A DNA stretch of 64,000 nt from the human T2T-CHM13v2.0 reference genome, Homo sapiens. The notes under the pieces were generated by a model. That model was given only the letters and a program-made list of their open reading frames with translations, was not told the origin of the DNA and did not search any database. Numbering within the stretch: position 1 is the first letter of the stretch; each line of letters starts with the position of its first letter. The DNA lies in the NCBI RefSeq assembly GCF_009914755.1, contig NC_060927.1, one strand, 5' to 3'. The position numbers and the translations under genes were made by a program. Shown here one piece after another: positions 1 through 12,762 of the stretch.

Positions 1-1464
1 AGAGGGTTGCTTTGAAGACTAGATGAGAAGATTCATGTCAAGCCCTAGCACCATGCTCAGCACCTGATACACCCTTAATGAACGGAAGTTCCTTTTCCTT
101 TTTCTTTCCTCGTTTGCTGCTGGTATTTGAGCCATATCTTTGTCCAGTGCTGAAGAATTCATGTCTCTTCTTGGTGCCAAGAGTCTGAGCTACAGAAATG
201 TTTTTTGGTTGCTGACGTTTGGATTTTTTGTTTGTTTCATTTAAAGAAAACACGATCTGGTTTATTTTTGAGGGGTGATAGTCACAATTGGCTGTGACTT
301 GCAGGTTGGGAGAGTGTTGCAGGCTGTGAGACGAGCAGCTTTCAGAGACGGTGACATGAGTTGAGGGCAGAGCTCTCTATTTGGACTTTTTTTCCACGCT
401 AATAAACTGTAACTGACAGACTTAAATGAGGGCACCAAAACATTTCTGCCTCCTGGTGACCTGAATGTGCACTTGGGGGCCAGGCAAAAGTCCCTTTATG
501 TATGCTTTTAAATAAAGTTAAGAGCAGCCCAGTTCTTTGATCTCTGAGGTCAGGGAGTAAGTTCTCAGCCCAAGATGGAAGGCCTCTCTGAGTTTACATA
601 ACAAGCTTATGTAACTGGGGGTCACTGGGGAGGCGAGGTTTGTCATTCTTGAGCAGGGATGGAATGACTATGCAGGGACCCCATTCGGCTTCCCAGGAAT
701 CAAGAACATGCCCCAGCTCTCTGACCTATCTCAGGTGGGGAAAATGTCAACACCCAGTGAGGTGGCTGGCACCGGCTCTTGGGCAGCCCCCCGGTGGTTG
801 GAGAACATCATTCTGGCTCATAGGAGGAGTCAGGCTTCCTGGAACAAACACTGTTCTAAGAATCCAAATAGAACACGTGTGTACATGCATGTGTGCGTAC
901 ATACGTGTGTATGCTCCTGGCCTCAAATCGCATGTAACATGTTGTCTGCTCGATTTAGTATTTGAGAGAATTGGCAGGGAAACAAGCTCAGACAGTGAGG
1001 CTCTCTTGTCTCCACCGTTACTTCCAGGGCCTGACTTGGTGTCAGTGCTGACATACGTGGCCTTTGGTATTAGATAATGACAAATAATTCATGGGAATGG
1101 CCTCGTGGCAATGGGGGAGGCAGAAATGCCCACTGAATCTTCAAAGAAGATTATAATTTTTAGTACAAATTAGAGGTTGAAGGTATTTTCTTCTTCTTGA
1201 AATGATTCAATCATGAATGATGTGTTCATTTGATAAGTGTTGGCCACACCCTACATTGTCCTGGGCATTGCGGAGGGTCTTAGGGGAAGGATTCAGATAT
1301 GAGCAGACCCAGTCCCCGCTCTCAAGAAACTGAGACAGAAACTTGAGGGAACAATCAGACAGGCACAGAAATGCTCTGAGAAATGTGCTCAAACCATGAG
1401 ACAAGCCAAGTGTGTGGTCCTCCGGGAGCCGAGTCGTGCGGCTGTGAAGGGTAATAGGGCCAAG

Positions 1465-1960
<496 letters not shown>

Positions 1961-2471
1961 CGTGCTGTTATTTTCATTTGGAGTAGGCTGTTGGGGACTG
2001 GGAAAATTTTAAAAATGAAGAAATAGTTTCACCAGCTATTCCTAAATGTGAATAGACTTCTTATCAGGTTTTCCTGAAATGGTAAAGGGCTGGGAGTGGG
2101 AAATGTTGGTGGGAGGAAATGTTGAGATAGGAAAAGTCTGGCTTCTAGCCTACATTCATATCATATTTATTGTTTCAAGGTGCTTGAAAGCCATTGCTGC
2201 CTTCTAAAGAAGGACATTAACCAGCCACAGCATGTCTCTTGGTCTAAGTAGAGTGAATGAGTTTCATTTCTCACGACAGGAGAGGTGGATTGGTATTGAC
2301 GGCCTGTGCCAGTGTCATGAAGGATTCTGAGGCTGTGTCCAAGCCCGATAGGAGAGAGTGCGGAACAGCCTTTTCCCTGGGAGGGGAGACAGCCAGTGTG
2401 CATGCTGTCCATCCAGTCCTGTGTGGGTCTTCCTTGAAACAGGATTTTTGTTCCCTTGGCTCTTCTTGCAG

Positions 2472-2594
2472 GTGGAAGTGATCAAGAAAGCCTACATGCA
2501 AGGTGAAGTGGAATTTGAGGATGGAGAAAACGGTGAGGATGGGGCGGCGTCCCCCAGGAACGTGGGGCACAACATCTACATATTAGCCCATCAG
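2472..2594 (+). CDS. ITPR1: ITPR1 coding exon ([10 protein letters not shown]...[10 protein letters not shown]), end of cytosolic ARM3 region
   Basis: ttcttgcag|GTG...CAG|gtatga; 123 nt, phase 0-0; peptide recognised as IP3R1 and joins the next exon in frame. Confidence 0.97.
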
Positions 2595-3668
2595 GTATGA
2601 TCTCTCCTGTGCCTCCTCTGGATGCTGCCTCCCTACAGGTCCAAAATTCCGAGCTGGAGGGTGCCCCCAGTCTTGCTTTTCCTTTATGACTTTAACCTAG
2701 GACTGTCTGTACTCATGAGCCTGCGGCTCACAGGTGCTCGTGGCAACCTGACCCAGTGTGCAGAGTTCCAGGACGTTTCCATTTTTCCACAGTGATAGGG
2801 TCATGTAGTTGGAAATCCCCGTGTTTCTTAAAAGCATTCACCCCCAAGCAGTGATACTTGGATGGTTTATGACTCTGTCTGGAGACAGTTGAAAGGAGTC
2901 TTAGGCTTTTATAAATATTGATGAGCCTCTCTTAACAATCCAAAGAAATAAACTTCAGCTTCCTTGCATATTGCACTTGGAAATCTGTGGGAACTTGTCC
3001 TTATGACTTCCTTTTGTTTCCCTTTTTGGGGATACGGCAATACTTTATGCCCTGGCACCAAAATGCCATGTTTCATAATTCTCCTTCCAAGCGGCTGGGT
3101 TTTTGAAGAGCCTTTCTCTTTTTGGATGCCGACGTGCCTTGAGCTTTCGGTGGGTAGGGGCAGGCTGTAACCCTGCTGGAGCCTTGTGTTTCCTGTCCCG
3201 TCCACCTCTTTTAAACTCAGGTACGGGAACCAGATACACAACAATGATGATATTGGGCCCGAGGTTGGTGGGCCCCTGTTACCACCCACTGGTTAAAGAA
3301 TTTCAAACAGTCTCCTGCCTCTTTTCCCTTCCATGACCACATCTGCCACCGAGAAGGTTTCTGAACATTCCGAATGGAGGCTCCCTAGGCTACACAGAAA
3401 GCCCCATCTCCCTCCTGCCTGGCTAATGACATCGGGGGAAAGTGGAACCATGTGTGGGCACGAGCTTTCCATGCTTTTCTACCAAGCTCCCAAAATAGCG
3501 CCTGTGCACAGCACGCCGTGATGGGATGGAGCAAGCCTCGTGGCACCTTTGCCCTTTGGCTTGCTGCTGGTTATTATGCATTTTTAAATACCCAACATGA
3601 GAAAGGAGTTTCTGTGTTCCTGTTGTGAAGAGACACCAACCTCCTGTATCTCTGTCCCTGTATTCTAG

Positions 3669-3773
3669 TTGGCTCGGCATAACAAAGAACTTCAGAGCAT
3701 GCTGAAACCTGGTGGCCAAGTGGACGGAGATGAAGCCCTGGAGTTTTATGCCAAGCACACGGCGCAGATAGAG
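3669..3773 (+). CDS. ITPR1: ITPR1 coding exon ([16 protein letters not shown]...AKHTAQIE)
   Basis: ttctag|TTG...GAG|gtaaaa; 105 nt, phase 0-0; absent from the ORF track, translated by hand. Confidence 0.96.
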
Positions 3774-3852
3774 GTAAAAGCTGAGTAAACTCAGGGCATG
3801 GGGTTGTGTTGAGGCCATTAGTGTGCAATGCCCTGCTCTGGGGCTGGCGTGC

Positions 3853-4410
3853 ATTCATTCATCTGAGCAATGGAAATGTGAGTGTGTACTGTGTGCTAGG
3901 TCCTGGGCTGGGTGCTGGACATCCCATGGCCAAGACAGTCATTATTGCTGCTTGTGGTCCGGTGGGGAAGAGGACACTGAGCAACCTCTCATTCCTCACG
4001 AATTCACGAGGACAGGTGGGAGGCATCATAAGAAAGTCCAGCAGAGGGACCTGCTGTAGATCGTGGTGGTCACAGAGGCCTAGTCTGAAGAAATTTCATC
4101 TGAACCCAGACCGTAAAGAACAGAGGGATGAAACAGGTAGAGACTAGCAAGAGGAACTTTTCAGACATGGGGAATAACAGCAAGCGAAAGCCCAGACGTG
4201 GGAAGATTCTAGGTGATCCGGAGGGGCTAAGCAAGGCTTCAAGGCTCAGGGCATAGAGTTCAGTGCAGAGGGAGATCCGAAGGGAAAGGCAGGCAGCCCT
4301 GATCTCACAGGGTCCTATCAACCATCCTTATGAGAAGTCTGGGCTGCATCCCCAGAGCAATGGGGAACCACTGGAGAGTTTTCCCCAGGAGGGCATTACA
4401 ATCAGATCTG
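3853..4410 (-). mobile_element. L2 LINE 3' fragment
   Basis: cattcattcat...tgtgtgctaggtcctgggct is the reverse of the L2 3' end; degenerate L2-like sequence follows. Confidence 0.55.
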
Positions 4411-4451
4411 TGTTTTTTGTTTTTTTTTTTTTTTAAAAAAAGGTGTCATGT

Positions 4452-4758
4452 GGCTGGGCACAGTGGCTCATGCCTGTAATCCCAACACTTTGGGAGGCCG
4501 AGGCAGGTAGATCACTTGAGGTCAGGAGTTCAAGACCAGCCTGGCCAACATGGTGAAACCCCTTCTCCACTAAAAATACAAAAAAAAAAAAAAAAATTAG
4601 CCAGGCGTGGTGGCACGCGCCTGTAATTCCAGCTACTTGGGAGGCTGAGGCACAAGAATGGCTTGAGCCTAGGAGGCGGGGATTGCAGTGGGCCAAGATC
4701 GCACCACTGCACTTCAGCCAGGGCGACAGAGCAAGCTGTCTCAAAAAAAAAAGAAAAA
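4452..4758 (+). mobile_element. Alu (AluS-like), full length
   Basis: ggctgggcacagtggctca...A tail; imperfect TSD aaaa(g)gtgtcatg on both sides. Confidence 0.95.
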
Positions 4759-6829
4759 GTGTCATGATGCATTGTGAGTGTGGAGATGGCCATAATGTGA
4801 AAGGGGAGACTCCACCTAATCTAGGGAATGCTCAAATTACAGAAGCAGGTGCTGGGCAGCCATAAGTTAAAAAGAAGACAAGCTGAAGCCACACATGTTG
4901 GTGTTATATTGAAAATGTGACTTAAATTCTTTCAATAAAGCTTTACAATCTTCTCTGGGGGAAAGAAACAAACAAAAAAACAAAGCCTCTGCAAAGTCAT
5001 TGGTGTATCTCCATTTTGCAAATGGGGAGCTGTGAAATAAGGCTCAGAGAGACTGTGTCACTTTTCCAGCCACCAGTGGCAGAGCTGGAATTTTCATCCT
5101 GATCTGTCTGGTCCCTGAGCCTGTGGGTCCGTTTGTACCTGCACTGTCTTTCAGAATCCAAGAGAACACAGACTTCTCTCTACAGGCTTTGAGCAGTAAG
5201 GAATGATGTGTTTTGCTAATGAGGAAATGCACAAGTTCAATATCAGTGTTGAAACAAAGATTTTAAAGAATGGACAGACTCCTTTGGGCAATATGAAATG
5301 TTCATGATGGAGACTTTTCAAGAATGTGTTCTGACCTGATGTCTCAGGTCTCTGGGCTATCCTAATAAAACACATCATTTCACTGATTAGCCAACCATGC
5401 CAGTGTATGTGAGCAAATATCTGATTTATCATTAATGCCTAGGAGCTTGACTGAAGGGCCAGCTCTGTCCTCTAGAGCCCTTAAAAGGCGACCTTTAGAT
5501 GTCTGTGATACAGAATTTCAGAGGAGAAAAGGACCTTGGAGATTATCTCATTGAGCTCCTTGACTCACTGGGGAGAAGACTGAAACTTGATCAGGTTTAA
5601 GAGGTGTGAACAAGGTCACCTAGCTTTTTAGGGATGTTAGAAGGACTGAAATATGTTCTCCTGACTCCAGATTCTAAAACTACTGAGGAAGAGTTACAAA
5701 TAGATCTTAAATGGTAAAGAGAAGTGACCAGGCATGACCTAGCTCTCAAATCCTGCCCTTGGCCAGCCACCCAGCTCTTCAGGTTTCCCTAGGGAGTGAT
5801 CGATGCAAAGCCAGGGACACTTTGTTACTACCAAGGGCTTTCCATGCAGACCCAATGTCTTCACTCTGGTGAACTAGGCTGGGTAGCCCTGGAGTCTAGA
5901 ACTCAGTTCTTGCCAGGAGGCCTCCTTGTCTACTCCTCCTTTCCCTCCTGGACCCAGATGCACACCTCAGATCATCTTCCTTCAGTGGGAAGAAGCACTT
6001 GTCCATAGTCCACTTGACTATATGAAGCAGGCAGGCTCTTGATAGCAGGAGACGGCAGAGGTGATCCCTGACCCTTGCATACACCAAGATCATGGGGGAA
6101 CTGCTTGTGTGCAGGTTCTGGTCACTGACCCCACACCACAATTCCAGTTAAATGGGGTTGAGTTATGGACAAGAATCAGTATGGTAACTAACCTGATCTC
6201 CACATGGATTTGGGAACCACTGGTCTAAAGACCACACCCCCCAGAACTTATGGAGGCAGGGCTGTGGGAACCTGTCTCACCTCTAAGAGAGTTTCCCACT
6301 ACAACTTGACCTGAGTCACCTCTCTTGCTGTATCAGGGAACAAAGGTTTTGGGAGAGCTAGAACCAGCTCTTCTTGTAGAGCACGTTGCATCCTGGGCCT
6401 CACCTGACTTCTCCAACCTCTGAGGAGGAAGAAGAGAGACTTGTGCCTCTACTATACTGTAACCCATAGCCCTTTCGAAATCACTACCTCCCAGGACTAT
6501 GACACAATCAAGTGCGCTAGAATTTGAACAATCCAGCCAGAGTACCTCCTCTCTGGGGACTGAGCCAGTCTAGGAAGGGCATGGAGGAAACTTGCAAGGT
6601 GTCCACCCCTGGGGCCCAAACATACCCAGCATAAAGAACAGTGAGTGCTGCCCCAGAGTTAAATAGGCATGTTGGTTCATGTATTGTATGTTTTAGATCC
6701 TTTGACAAGGTAGGAGGTCACTGCAACTGGATATAACCAAAGATCTCTTTTTAAAGTTCCCATCTAGGAAAAATAACCCAATGTTACTATCTGAGAAAGT
6801 GCCTTAAGTGAGATTTATACCACTGCCTA

Positions 6830-7029
6830 GCAGTGTACTCTCCAACATGATAGTCACTAGCTATGTATGGCTATTTAAATACAATTAAATAAAATTAAAT
6901 ATTCTGCCTCTCAGTTGCACTAGCCACAGGTGTTAGTGATTGGGGCCACACGTGACTAGCGGCTGTCCTCGTGGATAGGACAGACACAGAACCATTCCAT
7001 CATTACAGAAAGTTCTAGGGATAGCACCA
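6830..7029 (-). mobile_element. MER3 (hAT-Charlie non-autonomous DNA transposon)
   Basis: Reverse match to MER3 hallmarks: ctagctatgtatggctatttaaat, cagttgcactagccaca, ccatcattacagaaagttcta. Confidence 0.75.
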
Positions 7030-7111
7030 GCCTCATGTGAATATGCACACAAAACACAGAGTGAATTGATCCAGATAAAAGTTGGTCACCTTAGAAATTA
7101 ATGGGTTCACA

Positions 7112-7211
7112 GGGAGGTGGAGGTTGCAGTGAGCTGAGATCGCACCACCATACTCCAGCCTGGACAACAAAACGAGACTCCATCTCAAAAAAAAAAAAAA
7201 AAAAAAAAAAA
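7112..7211 (+). mobile_element. 5'-truncated Alu (end of right arm plus poly-A)
   Basis: gggaggtggaggttgcagtgagctgagatcgc...ctc(A)n flanked by near-duplicates agaaattaatgggttca / agaattcatgggttca. Confidence 0.9.
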
Positions 7212-7261
7212 AGAATTCATGGGTTCATCATTGTCTTGGATTATATAAAAAAATTAAAATT

Positions 7262-7588
<327 letters not shown>

Positions 7589-7796
7589 TAATGGATCTGA
7601 AGTTAGGAAAATACTCTTCCAGAGTTACCCAAGCTATTTTTTATATAAATCTGAGACACACAGCCCAGTTTGGGGTTATAAAATCAGAGATCATATTATA
7701 CTCAATCTTGACCACCGAGTCTACCACCAGTAGCAAATAGTCTTAGTAAAAGGTTTCAAAGATGAATATTTAATCTCATCCACTTTTTCATCCTAG

Positions 7797-7989
7797 ATTG
7801 TCAGATTAGACCGAACAATGGAACAGATAGTCTTTCCCGTGCCCAGCATATGTGAATTCCTAACCAAGGAGTCAAAACTACGAATTTACTATACTACGGA
7901 GAGAGACGAACAAGGCAGCAAAATCAATGATTTCTTTCTGCGGTCTGAAGACCTCTTCAATGAAATGAATTGGCAGAAGAAACTGAGAG
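7797..7989 (+). CDS. ITPR1: ITPR1 coding exon ([16 protein letters not shown]...NWQKKLR), intervening lateral domain before the membrane region
   Basis: tcctag|ATT...AGAG|gtgggt; 193 nt, phase 0-1; overlaps ORF 7818..8057. Confidence 0.97.
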
Positions 7990-9284
7990 GTGGGTTCCAA
8001 CGCATCAGCAACAACACAGAGAGACACAGTTCTGGGATTTCACAAACTTGGGCTTGATGGTGCGTTCATTTCCAAGCAGGAGCAAAGCTAGTATCATTTA
8101 TGATACTTTGCACCTCTGACCACCAGGAAGTCATAACCAGTTTTGCAGCTGATCAGTGGGCTCAAGCCAAAGTATGATAACTCCCCTGAAAAGGCTTCCT
8201 TCATCAGAATTTGACTTGATTTGATTGGAAAGCTCCATGGAAGACTTTTTGAATGCCTCTTTTGGTATCTCTATCTAGAAAATAAAAAGAAAAGGGAAAA
8301 GCCCAGGCCCTTGAGCTCACAGGGTGGTTCACTTGAGCAGGAAATTCACACTGCTTGCTGGCTCATTTACTAGCACACCTGCTCCAGAGACTCTGGTATT
8401 TTCCCTTTTATGGGGTAGCTTGGATTTTAGACTAAATCGTTTTACAGGCAATGGAATCATTTGCCACATAAGGTGCATCATTGCTCACCAGCGAGTCCCA
8501 TTGAGTATCCCAGCCAGTCAGGTGGAAATTACTTGTCTGAAACACATTCGTAGGGCTTCCCCAGGGGGCTTCTGTGTTCCTGGTTTTCACTGGGGTTTTA
8601 ATGTGATCCTTCAGTACCAGCCTTGTGCTTGGCACTGGCTGTTGAGACCAACTTAAAAAGGATCGTGCTTGATTTCTATCTGTTCATCAGGAGCCAGACT
8701 TTTTTATTTGAAACACTGGATTCCAGCTATAGTTGTGACGTGTTGAGCTCTTTCTGAGGGGTAGACCTGGGGTGGAGAACAGCCGTGTTGGAGGTCAGTT
8801 TCCCAGAGCTTTCGTCTTCTCCGTGATGCTGCCAATCTGAGCAGGCACGGACCAGTGCTGTCTGTTTTTTCTTCCCTTTTCTCCCTACCTGCCTGCATCC
8901 CTAGATCAGGCTAATGGCAGATAAGGTGGTGCAAGAAGGTTCGCCCAAAGGTCCCATTCCCACCTCACTTCCAGCCCCGCTGTACTCTTGCTCGTCTCTA
9001 AGGGGCACCTCCCTGTGCAGCACCTTCAAACATTACAAAAAGTCTGGCCAGGCCAAATCCATCCCTCAGCCAGCTCCACGTCTAGTGTCTGACCGAGGGG
9101 CCAGGGGACCGTTAGCAGACCAGCCTCTGTGGCCTCCACGGTATGGACCTCAGGAGACACAGGTGCAATTCTACCTGGTATCAGAGTGTCCTCATAGCCT
9201 ACTGTAGATTCCTCAAAGACTCTTGCAGCTCCAGGATCCTCATGAACATGGAAACTTTTGCAGAGCACCATGCTTGGGCAATAA

Positions 9285-9767
<483 letters not shown>

Positions 9768-11132
9768 AATCCTGAGTTCTTGTATCCAAACCTCCATGAT
9801 AGTTAATAGGCTGTAATTTTAGCCTTATCAGAATATGTGTCTATGAAATTGGTCAGACACATACACTGATACATTCATTCTCCATAAATTGTTTTATGAA
9901 ATGTTTATGTATAATGTATGTATTTTATAGGTTCTCCAAAAGGCTTATTTTGGAGATGACAAAAAGGTTTTCACCTTTTCTGGTGAGATGAGATATCTCC
10001 TTATCCCTTTTTTTGAGATAATGTCTCCAGCCTGGAATAGTAGGAGGACCCTCAGGCCCAAAGAGTGAGGAATCAGTTCTAGTCCATTTCTGCCCCCAAC
10101 AGGCTCCATGGCCCTGGGACAAATGGCTTAACTGCTCCCAGACCCTCACCTGTGAAGTGAGGGATTAAGATGACCTAATTGATGGACTGTAGCATGGTCA
10201 TTATGCCAAGACTTATATTATATTGTAGCTAATACCTTCCTTATTTCAGTCATTCTTTTTTTGAAAAACAGTTTTCATTTCAGTGAAACTTAAGCACAAC
10301 TGCAGTTGTCAGCTGAAAGATTTTAATTGGCTTCAAAACTATCTGCTGGTAAGAGAGAAATTGAAAATAATAACTGAATTAACCATGATTTGCACACTTG
10401 GGGAGGGAGAAATGTACTCATCGGAAATACAATTAAAATGAAATGCATTTTCCCCTCTAAGTAGCTTATATCTCTTCTAATAAGTCTGCAGAATCAATTT
10501 TTCAGGCTCATTCATTTCGCTGTTTTACCTTTTCCTGAATGTATTGCAGAGGATCATCTGTTCTTCAGTAAATCTGCAGCTAGGACTCAGACACGTAGTG
10601 AGATCCGTCTGAGACTGATGGGGCTTAGTATTTTCTTCTGCAAGATTAAAATATGCAATTGCTCTGAGCTTCATAAACTCTCTTCTCTGCTTTATTTACA
10701 CTAGAACACACACATAGTCTTCTGTGCACTCACATCCTCTCTCTCACCATCCCTCCCTGATATCCTTTCCTGAAGATCCTATCCCCAGTGAAGTGAAAAC
10801 TCTGGGCTAGGAAAATGAGAAGAGAGAGAAAGAAAGAGGAAATCGAGGCAGAGTTGAATGTGCTGACACTTTCTTGCATGAGGTTTTCCCATGTGATTAT
10901 CCCACTCGTAAGTGTATATGGAGTCCAAGCCTTCCAGTAAAGTCCCGTTCCTCTCAAACAAACACAAACAAAAAACTAGGAAAGAATGTTACCAAGAGAT
11001 GCCCTAGGCTGTGGTTATTTAAATTGCCTTGCCAATCCAGGATCACAGCACTCCTTCTTTTTGCTATAATGTAGCAGGTATATTGATCCAACCAACTTTT
11101 AGCCCCTGATAAGTAGAAAACGTGCTGTAAGG

Positions 11133-11461
11133 CAGCGGTCCCCAACCTTTAGGGCAGCAGAGACTGGTTTCATGGAAGACAATTTTCCACAGATCGGAGG
11201 GATGATTTGGGGATGAAACTGTCCCACCTCAGATCATCAAGCATTAGATTTTCTTACGGAGTGTGCAGCCTCCTAGATCCCTCACATGCACAGTTCACAA
11301 TAGGGTTCGCACTCCTGTGAGCATCTGATGCCCTTGCTGATGTGACAGAGGCAGAGCTTAGGCGGTAATGCTCGCTTGCTGCTCACCTTCTGCTGTGCTG
11401 CCCAGTTCATAACAGGCTATGGGCCAGAACTGGTCTGCGGCCCCAGGGTTGGGGACCCCTG
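11133..11461 (+). mobile_element. MER1B (hAT-Charlie MITE), full length
   Basis: TIRs cagcggtccccaacc / ggttggggacccctg; 8-bp TSD ctgtaagg (11125-11132) / ctataagg (11462-11469). Confidence 0.9.
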
Positions 11462-11724
11462 CTATAAGGTACAGTGAGGAATTCAACAGTGTGTAAGCTA
11501 TGACTCCTCCTGTGGGCACTTACTATCTGAAGTGGGCAGACAACAACGGCATATTTTTAAGTGGCTGCAATACCAAGCTGTTTGTGACTAGAGCTGTAAT
11601 CAAGCATTGACGCATGGAAGTACAAGAAAGGAAGGCTTCAGAGAAAAGGTAGGATTTGAGTAGCATCTAGAAAGGTCTGTAGGACTTGAATAGACACAGC
11701 CTGAGAGATTGGGGGATGGGGAGA

Positions 11725-12198
11725 TGTATTTGTTGCCCATTGCTGCTATAACAAATTACCACAAAGCTTGAAGCTTACAACAACATACGTTGATTATCTT
11801 ACAGTTCTGGAGGTCAGAAGTCTGAAAAGATTCTCGCTGGGCTAATACCAACGTGTTGATAGGGCTGTGTTCCTTCTGAAGGCCATATCCTTTTCCAGCT
11901 GCTAGAGGCTACCTGTGGCCCCCGGCCCCTCCCTCCACCTTCAAAGCAGCATTGTTCAGTAGAGCATTTCTCATGCTGTGCTACTGACCCTCCTGTTCCC
12001 TCTCTCACTCTCTCACCTACACGGATACTTGTGACCACATTGGACCTACCTAGATAATCCAAGACAACCTCCCCACCTCACATCCTTAACCTAATCATAC
12101 CTGCAAAGCCCCTTTTGCTAGGTTAGGTAGCACATTCACAAGTTCTAATGATTCACATGTCAACATGTTGGAGGGGGGCACGTTATTTGGCTGCCACA
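11725..12198 (-). mobile_element. MLT1 (ERVL-MaLR) solo LTR, MLT1D-like
   Basis: tgtatt...gctgctataacaaattaccacaaa...cttacagttctggaggtcagaagtctgaaa...ccaca. Confidence 0.8.
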
Positions 12199-12203
12199 GA
12201 AAG

Positions 12204-12762
12204 TAGGTTAGTTGCTTTTTATTGCTGTATAACAAATTGCCCCAACATGTCGTGACTTAAAACAATAAATGTTTATTTCCTCACAGTTTCTTGGGGTCAG
12301 GAACTTGGGAGTGGCTCCTCTGGATGGTTCTGGCTCAGGTCTCTCATGGGGTTGTAGCCAGGATGTCAGCCAGGGCTGCCATCATTTGAAGGCTTAAGTG
12401 GACCTACAGGGTCCGCTCCTTGGTGCTCTTACGTGGCTGTCGGCAGGAGGCCTCAGGTCCCCTCCACACGGACCTCTCCATAGGTCTGCTTCAGCATCCT
12501 CATGACATGGCAGATGATTTCCTCAGAGCAAATTATTGATGAGACAGAGGGAGAGGGAGAGAGAGAGGAGGAGAAGGAAGCCACAGTGTTTTTATTAATA
12601 TCACCTAGTCTCAGAAGGCATGAACCAGCAGTTTCACTCTACTCTTATTTATTAGTAACAGGTTGTTAAGTCCAGCCCATACTCAAGTGGAAGGGAAATT
12701 AAGATGTACCACTTGAAGGGAGGAGGATCAAATAATTCATGAACATATTTTTAAATTGACAC
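12204..12762 (-). mobile_element. Second MLT1 solo LTR (older, MLT1G/H-like)
   Basis: attgctgtataacaaatt...cttaaaacaataaat...tcacagtttct...ggctcaggtctctcatg...gccagggctg. Confidence 0.75.

Noticed and set aside
7990-8290. Intron read-through to a stop at 8057 plus AATAAA at 8281 (soluble IP3R1 lacking TM domains)
   Set aside because: The hexamer sits in an A/G-rich run with no downstream GU/U-rich element, so it is probably chance.
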